64,000 bases of DNA from NCBI RefSeq assembly GCF_009914755.1, contig NC_060938.1; one strand, written 5' to 3'. The first letter of the stretch is position 1; every line of letters starts with the position of its first letter. A model generated the notes under the pieces. It worked only from the letters and a program-made list of their open reading frames with translations. It had not been told where the DNA came from and searched no databases. This stretch comes from the human T2T-CHM13v2.0 reference genome, Homo sapiens. This document shows, one piece after another, positions 56,666 to 64,000 of the stretch. The translations under genes were made by a program, and so were the position numbers.

Positions 56666-56976
56666 GAGACAATCCTGAATGACCTTCACAGAAGAAACAA
56701 AAGCTAAGACTTATAGCTTGGGTGAAAATTGTTCAAGAAGATAAAGAGTACACACATTCCATCAAAAACACAACAGAAGCAATAGTTTTGATATGACTGG
56801 AGTATGCGGTGTGTTGGCATACTGCATATTGAAAAACTATTCAAAGAATATCATTTTAGGTCATACTAAAGAGATGTAGGAGTTTAGATGTGATCCTGAG
56901 ACCTGTAGAAGGCTTTAAAATACTTGTAAATAAGGGCATAGGTAGATTTGCCTTATGGAATATGACTCTTTGGAAT

Positions 56977-57721
56977 TATGGTGAAGAAAATCAAAATATG
57001 ACACCCAAAATATACTTCTTTGGCATGTTTCAAGATGGCTCTTCAGAAGTCCTGCATACACAAGAAGAGCTCTAAAATGCTTTTTGTTATGGTGCTGATT
57101 TACATCTGTAGATGGAATCTTCATAAGTGAATTAAACAGCAATGCAAATGCTTTTTCTGAGCCCCAGCCGCGCTTACCTGACTCACTCAGATCTCAGAAA
57201 GATTAACTCACAGTAAAAAGATACTACAAATCTGACTCCAAAATTTTGACCACGGATTACCACCTATTCTTTCTGAGAGCTGCTACTTAATAGATTTTAT
57301 CTTTTAACAAGACAGATTTTGCTTACCATAGCTTTTCTTCTACCACTCTCTTTGGTTGTTTTCAAGTCCAAAGCCTTTTTTCCTTTTTGTTTGGTATAAA
57401 ACTTCAGTCATTTGGCCCTTTTATGAGTCTCAAATTTGTGGAACTCCCATGTCTATGTGCACATTAATGAATTTGGATAGGGCTGACAAGGTGGCTCACA
57501 GCTGCAATCCCAGCATTTTGGGAGGCCTATGCAAAAGGATCACTTGAGCCAAGGAGTTCGAGACCAGCTTCAGCAACATAGTGAGACCCTGTTTCTTAAA
57601 AAAAAAAAAAAAAAAAAAGTATGCCTTTTTTCCTACTAATTTGTTCATTTCCCATTTGTTTTATAGGCTAAAATCATCAAAACTTCAGAAGTGGGAGGGA
57701 AGAAAATTCTCTTTACCCCTA
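56977..57721 (+). mobile_element. MER34/MER39-like ERV1 solo LTR
   Basis: gaaaatcaaaatatgacacccaaaatatacttctttggcatgtttcaagatggct; ggtataaaacttcagtca; ends agaaaattctctttacccct. Confidence 0.65.
57481..57618 (+). mobile_element. Alu monomer (FLAM_C-like or truncated AluJ left arm)
   Basis: ggtggctcacagctgcaatcccagcattttgggagg...ggatcacttgagccaaggagttcgagaccagc, then poly-A. Confidence 0.85.
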
Positions 57722-60342
57722 GGCTAGTAGAAGCCAGCTTAAAGCCAATGTTTTCATTACTTCAGAAAACTTAAACATTACTTTCAGTCTGTATATTCCC
57801 TACTGTACTCTCATCTTTAATTTTTCCTATTTTGTTCTTTTTTCATCATAGTTACTACTCCTTTATTTTACCCCTACATTTTTATACTTTATGAACCTTT
57901 TGTTTAAGAGGAAATCATAATTGGTGTACCTTAATCACTCCAAATCTTCCTTTTCTTCACCTGGCTCTCAACTTCTCCCTCAGTCTTCTCAAGGATAAAT
58001 CTCTCGTTTCTTACGAAGGCAAGGGAGCAGAGAGTACATTCATCTAGATTTCCAGAGGTGTCTTCAAGACATCTATATGTCATATTCTTGCAAAACCTCC
58101 TTTCTCATTCATGGCATATGAAATTTGGTGATGCATTTTTGTTGTTTTGTTTGAAAAAATGTTTCATATATGTGGAAGATTTCGATTTGTGGAATAATTA
58201 TACTTCTCTATCTCAAGTCATAACATCTAACACTGTCCCTATTGATTTGCATGTCCTTACAGGGACTTCTACAGCATAGTACATTTTATTTTCTGACCTC
58301 CTTAATCCAAAACATTTCAGTTGTACTTTATTTCAGCTACTTAAATACACAACCATATTATTCTCTACATAACATCAACAACAGTTGCTTCATCTCTAAA
58401 CTGTGTCTACACTGCTTTATTAACAACCTCCAATTGCACTTATTATTTGACCATCCATAAACGACTACTTAGTTGATCCCTTGATTTTCTCCCAATGTAA
58501 AGGACCCTTCTTGTATTTAATTTCTTCCCTGAGTAGACTTAAACCCAAATAACAAAAATTTATTTTTGGTGGTGTGAATGTCCCCAACCTATATTATCTC
58601 TTTGTCCTTTCTCACACCTGCTGAGAAAAAAACAACCATCAATTTATCATGTTTGTCTTTCCATTTTTTATGTCCAGGTCTCTGGGTATTAAAAAAAATT
58701 ATTTGAGTCAATCTATCAATGAAACTGAATTCATGGTGATAAACCTCATCTAGCCCATAATCAATAATTTATAAAATAATTGATATTTAATTTAAAAGCT
58801 CCATAGGACACTATCTCTAATGTCTTTGAGCTAAGTCTAGCAAAATGTTCATGAGATTTAGCAAATATCTTTTAATCCATTGAGTACTTGCAAATTTGAA
58901 TAAGATTGATTATCCTTTATGAAAACCACAGCTCAATACAGTAGATCTTGATTGTTTTGCATGTTTATATGGGTAGTAAGAGTAATATTAACAACAGTCA
59001 TAAAACAATTTGGAAGGTGGATGTTTAGAGTCAAATGCAGGTACTTCACAAATAGCTATCAATACAACTTTTATAATTTCAGAGAGATTTACCTTATCCC
59101 TTAGTGTTCCCATACATGAAAATTCCAGTAATTAAAATTTATTATTTGATCTGAAATTTACTCATTTTCACTATATTTTCTTCAAAGTATAATTATCAAG
59201 TTTTATGCTTTTTATTAGACACAGCTTGACAGTCATATTCTATGGTTTACAGCTTGAATTTATTTAGTCTAACTAGGACCTTAAGATTGTGTTCATACCA
59301 GAAATGTCTGCATTTTTCTTTTGTTGAATATAAAATATCCGATTATAGAAAACATTTCTGAAATATTCTGTGGTCTTGCATTAAGATAAATGTATTTTAT
59401 AACTTAAAAAAACATTGTGAAAATTATAATACATACGGAAAAACTGGCTGACCTAGCTCCTATCTCCTTCTTTCACTCACCTCATCCATGATCATGCAAA
59501 CAAGCAATCTTTCTGAAGACAGCAAAATTGTTTTTCACACCAGCATTATAAAAAGTATGTTTACCTAAGTTTCATTTATGACAAGAGATCAAGACAAACT
59601 CTTGCAAAAGAATCTAATTTCAGGGCTATGAATACATACTATATAAATGTTTTTAAAAGATCAGAAACATATTTAAATGTAGTATATAGTGATGCTTAAC
59701 ATATTTTTCTTTCTTTAGATTAACATTAAACCTTCAGTTTGACTTATTAAGCTTGTAATTGTATTTTAAGTATTGTATTTATAAAGTTTAGCACCGTTCG
59801 ATAAAATCAAATTTTGTGAAGACAGAATATTGCATGGAAGAAATAAACTTTATTTTCTGTTTGAATCAGAGATAATTTTTTGTCTAAGTTCCATCAGCTT
59901 CTGGAAGAAATATTCATTAAACACTGCTACTAAGAAATGGACAGTTTATATAAATTGTTGAAAAAGAAATGAGAAGCAAGAAGAGAAAAAAGAATATGTT
60001 TTTTTTCAATATAAGGGAAACAATTATCATATGTTTATTCAATCAATATTATGGCCTGCACTAAAGCAAGCTTGATAACTTGTAGCATATTTTTTCCATG
60101 TTAAGGAGTAAGGATTACATCCTTAGTGCTTAAAACAAAAATGATTTATTTGTTAGGAAACTAACAACTCTTTAACACTACACATTGACAGAAATCCAGC
60201 AAAAGAAAGCCTGCATATTATTTTATTTTCTATGTTAAAGAATGGATGCAATCCATTTGTTTCTTTGAATGTCTGTCTGTTCCATTCTCCCCCTGGTCTG
60301 CTCATTGCTCTGGCTTGCTAATGGTGCCAAAATAGACCTTTA

Positions 60343-60925
60343 TGTTATACATGAGTGAACGGAAAATTCCTCATAGGCCTCTGAAGGTTCACTGAAAATC
60401 AACTGACAAAGGCATATTAATTGGATAAAAAGGCATACAAATTTATTAACATGCATGGTGGGGAAAATCACAAGTGATTACTCCACCACTCAAAGGGATA
60501 CAGATGTTTATATGCCCTTCTTTTTAGGAGAATGGGAGATGGGGAAGTGTGGATAATTTTTGGGGAAACATAAATAATTTTAGGGGAATTTAATGGGCTT
60601 GTAGTTCACACAACGTGCTGGGACAAAGTCTGCTGGGCCCGCAGGGCAGATAATGGTTTGTGACAAATCTGTCCAGGTGTGTTGACTGGCTTCAGTTTTT
60701 CTTTCTGCAATACGAGTTCAGTTAATGAAAACTCAGAGAAAGGGCCAGAGATACATGTTTTCTTCTTTAGGCAGATAAGGAAAAGTCAGAGAACAACTTC
60801 ATCCTGTGCTTTGTAAGAGACATAGGATTGAGAGGATGGGGAAAGGTCAGGGAGAACTTGAGACTCCTTCTTCAGATCAGCAGGTAAAGTGCCATATCTT
60901 GGGGCATCAGTCCCTGAGCCCTAAC
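60343..60925 (-). mobile_element. MER4-group (MER31/MER34-like) 3' LTR
   Basis: ctctgaaggttcactgaaaatcaactgacaaaggc...aggcatacaaatttattaac; minus strand starts TGTTAGGGCTCAGGGACTGATGCCCCAAGATATGGC. Confidence 0.7.
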
Positions 60926-61575
60926 ATTTCCCAAGAAGTTTTCACATACTAGAGGCTAAGGTGGTGGTTGTGGAAAAATAATAACTGAGTTAATCTAATA
61001 ACTAAATAGTAAAGGACCTCATTAAACCAGTCTCTCACTTCTGGGCATAGGCCAATTCAATTTAAATAGTAGGTCTTGTTTCAGGAGATGATGTTGCAGA
61101 AGGTCCCTAAAAGCTAGGCTTCTAAATATTATGCAGGCACACAGATTTAATAAGAGGCATTTCTATGAAAACAGAGGAAGAACAAAGGTCAATTTATGGA
61201 GCCATCTACAAGCTAGTCCTCTAGAGTCTGCAGGGCAGTCAGCTGAAAACATCCATGGCCATCTAACAGATTTTCCTAGATTGTAGTCTGTGTGTAAAGT
61301 TTGTCCAAATATAAGCTGTAGCAGTGATTTTTCTTCGAAGCCAAGTTGACTAGCTTCACATTGTAGGGCCTCAGGAATTTGGCATTTATTTTCAGTGAGC
61401 CCATGTCAAAAATAATATGGAAGGAAAAATTTGGAAACGTTTGTTAGGAGACTTTTAGCCAGGGAAGAATTCAGGATTCAATCTGAATTGTAGGCAAATA
61501 ATAGAAACTTAAAAACAATGAACAAGGCTAGTATCTAAAATAGGTGTACTATAGTTTTCTCCGGAAACATACATT
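60926..61575 (-). mobile_element. MER4-group ERV internal sequence adjacent to the LTR
   Basis: PPT-like GGGAAA before the LTR TG; gaattcaggattcaatctgaattgtaggcaaataatagaaacttaaaaacaatg. Confidence 0.6.
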
Positions 61576-61579
61576 TTCT

Positions 61580-62010
61580 GTCATGACTAATTGTGTTGAA
61601 CATATGTTCATATGCTTATTTTCCATCTGGATAAATGTCTGTCAAATCTGTATCTATTTATTATATTTGGTTGGTCTTTGATTTATTTCACTACGATCAT
61701 GCCAAAACACCCTCTATTAAAATGTAAAATGAAAATAAAAAAGTATTGGCTCCCCTATTTCTCTCTTATTTTTCATATTTGCTTTGTTCCTTCTAGGATT
61801 TTCCAATTTATCTATGGTTATTAGAATCAGTTTGCTTATTTCTATAGAAAAGCCTGCTTGGACTGTGATTTTACTGAAGGGGTAGATCAATTTTGGAAGG
61901 ACTGATATTTTAACTCTTCTGATCATCAACATGGTATATTTCTCCAATTATTTACATCAGATTTAATGTCTTTTAGTTTTAGTTTGTAGTTTTCAGTGTC
62001 TAGTTCTTTT
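61580..62010 (-). mobile_element. L1M ORF2 fragments
   Basis: ORF 61717-61947 RVKISVLPKLIYPFSKI resembles L1 ORF2 (IVKMSILPKLIYRFNAI). Confidence 0.7.
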
Positions 62011-63742
62011 ACATTAGAAGCCTCTCATCCTCTGAGACCAATTTCCTGAATTAAATTTCTGATTTTTAAAAAATACTCAGAGTTGTTTCTATTGTAATGC
62101 TTGGATTACACTGGAACACTCATCAAATTCTCAACTTCTTTAGTTCTTAATTACTTAGACACAGCAATAAGTCAACTTGAACTGTTCCTCAAAGTAGAAA
62201 TGAATTTGATGGTTATGAGATTAGTGACCGTAACAATTACTTAGACTTTTGTCCAGTATAAGTAGACTGTTTCTGCTATAAAAAAGAATAAATAGACTTT
62301 GGAGAAGGGAATGTAAGAGATGGACAATTATGTTCAACCATGTTATAAAATACATAAAGAATTACTTAAGCAGGTCATAGGTATTTCTATGTGTGACTGA
62401 CAAAGATTTATCTTAAGCATTAAGAAACGGTTGTAATTTTAGGCACTTAGATGGTCATCAAAAAAATTAGTTATATTGTGAACTGAATTTGAAAGGATTG
62501 GTACAATTTTGAAGGAATTGGGGAAAATACTTTTTAAGTTGATATCACTGTTTTAAAAATGCATTCCGACTTTGCTAAGGAATGGAAATTTCTGTTGTTC
62601 CTGCTACTTATTATATGCATGAAGCTAAATAAATGCACCAGACTATAAAATTTGAATGTGTTTGTCTTGTTTTATTAAGGTATATTATGTTTTAATGGGA
62701 GTTGAGGAAGGAACAATGTGAGAATAGATTGTGATGGGGCTTTTATATTCTGCTTGGAAGTTTCATTTTATTCTGCGTGTGACAAGTCATTAAATGGTTT
62801 TATATGTCAGAAACTAAATCAGTCACAAACTTTAGGGCCATAATCTGGGACCAGTGTGGAGCGTGAGAGGAGCAAGCACAGGGAGGTACTAGAATTACTT
62901 TATATACTTAATTATTTTTAGTTGACACAAATTGATTCTAGTAAGTGAATTATTTAGGGCAGTGAGAATGGAAAGGAGCCCTATGAGTGATTTGTTTTAT
63001 AGAAAAGGGACACAATATATGTACCTTTGAAAGCACCTTGCTTTGTTATGGCCTTTGTTTCTCAGAACCCCTGTAAAATATTGCAATTCTATAATACATA
63101 CAAAAAAAGGCCAACATTAATCTGTCTCATTGTATTTGAATGGCATGTACATGTATACTTAAAATGATATATTCAGTTATGTATGCACTTATTTAAACTG
63201 CATTAACTTAAAATTGTGTTAATATGTGTTTGGTAATATTAAGTTGCTTAATGTCTTATGCTTAGTGGCAACTTGTATATGAACCTATATTTGTATCCCA
63301 AATACTTAAAGCAGGCCTAACAGAACTTGTAAACTATGTTATAGTTTAAATAACTGTAAATTATAAATAATTGAACATAATTTCTTTTCAATATTTTATA
63401 TTTTTAAACATTTCAAAAACCTTTACTTTTTATGAATTAATGAAGCTATTGCTGTAGAATTTATTACATTTTTCTCATTAATCAAGACTCATTCTGGCCT
63501 GCTATGATGATGCGGCTTGCTTGATTGAATATTATATTCTCTGTGGTTTCTCCACTCACAGGTCAATTAACTACTTTGCTTCAAATCCTCTGTCTGGAAA
63601 ATGGCCCTCTTATTGCTTGTAATTCAGCTTTCTCACAGGAGTGCTGTGAAGTATAATGAAGAAGGAAGTAGAACTGACAAATTGAAATTGAATGAAACTG
63701 AGGATTTCAAAATTTATGATTTGCACCTGGTCCTGCTAGTTA

Positions 63743-63800
63743 AGACACATTTTAAATTAAATAACTTTTCTAGACACATTATAAATTAAATAACTTTTCT
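63743..63800. repeat. 29-bp tandem duplication (1 mismatch)
   Basis: agacacatt(t/a)taaattaaataacttttct twice, within MIR-like sequence. Confidence 0.9.
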
Positions 63801-64000
63801 TAGACCTAAATTGTCCTAGCATAAAATAGTGGAAGAAACTGTACTGTTATTTGTTGGAAAGACTTAGGTGCAATACTACCATCTGTGAGAGAAAGGGAAA
63901 AAGAAGATCAATAACAGAAATAAAAATAAAGAATACTTAAATTGAGATATTGAAAAAAAGAAAATATTGAAAAGAAAAAGTATAAAAGAAGTGAGGAGGA

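Overview
AT-rich, CpG-poor primate (human-like) genomic DNA with no recognisable host protein-coding exon, RNA gene or CRISPR array; it reads as gene-desert or deep-intronic sequence dominated by interspersed repeats. Content: about nine Alu-family elements; many L1 fragments (three with 5'-inverted 'twin-priming' structure, two of these with readable target-site duplications); a 5'-truncated HERV-E/Harlequin env + LTR2 provirus; a decayed ERVL gag-pro-pol body; several solo LTRs (MER57, MLT1/MLT2, THE1, MST, MER4-group); and DNA transposons of four lineages (MER85 piggyBac MITE, hAT MER5A/MER94/Charlie, Tigger3, a near full-length Hsmar2 mariner). Among the supplied ORFs, the ones I recognise as real protein remnants are HERV-E env pieces and L1 ORF2 pieces. 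The most notable structures not explained by repeat annotation are a 215-bp ~98%-identical local inverted duplication (18394-18608 vs 19877-20091), a 56-bp dispersed local duplication, and a perfect 44-bp tandem duplication in Hsmar2. I found no evidence of a new gene system. Subfamily names are from recalled consensus sequences and need Dfam/RepeatMasker confirmation; boundaries of old repeats are approximate.
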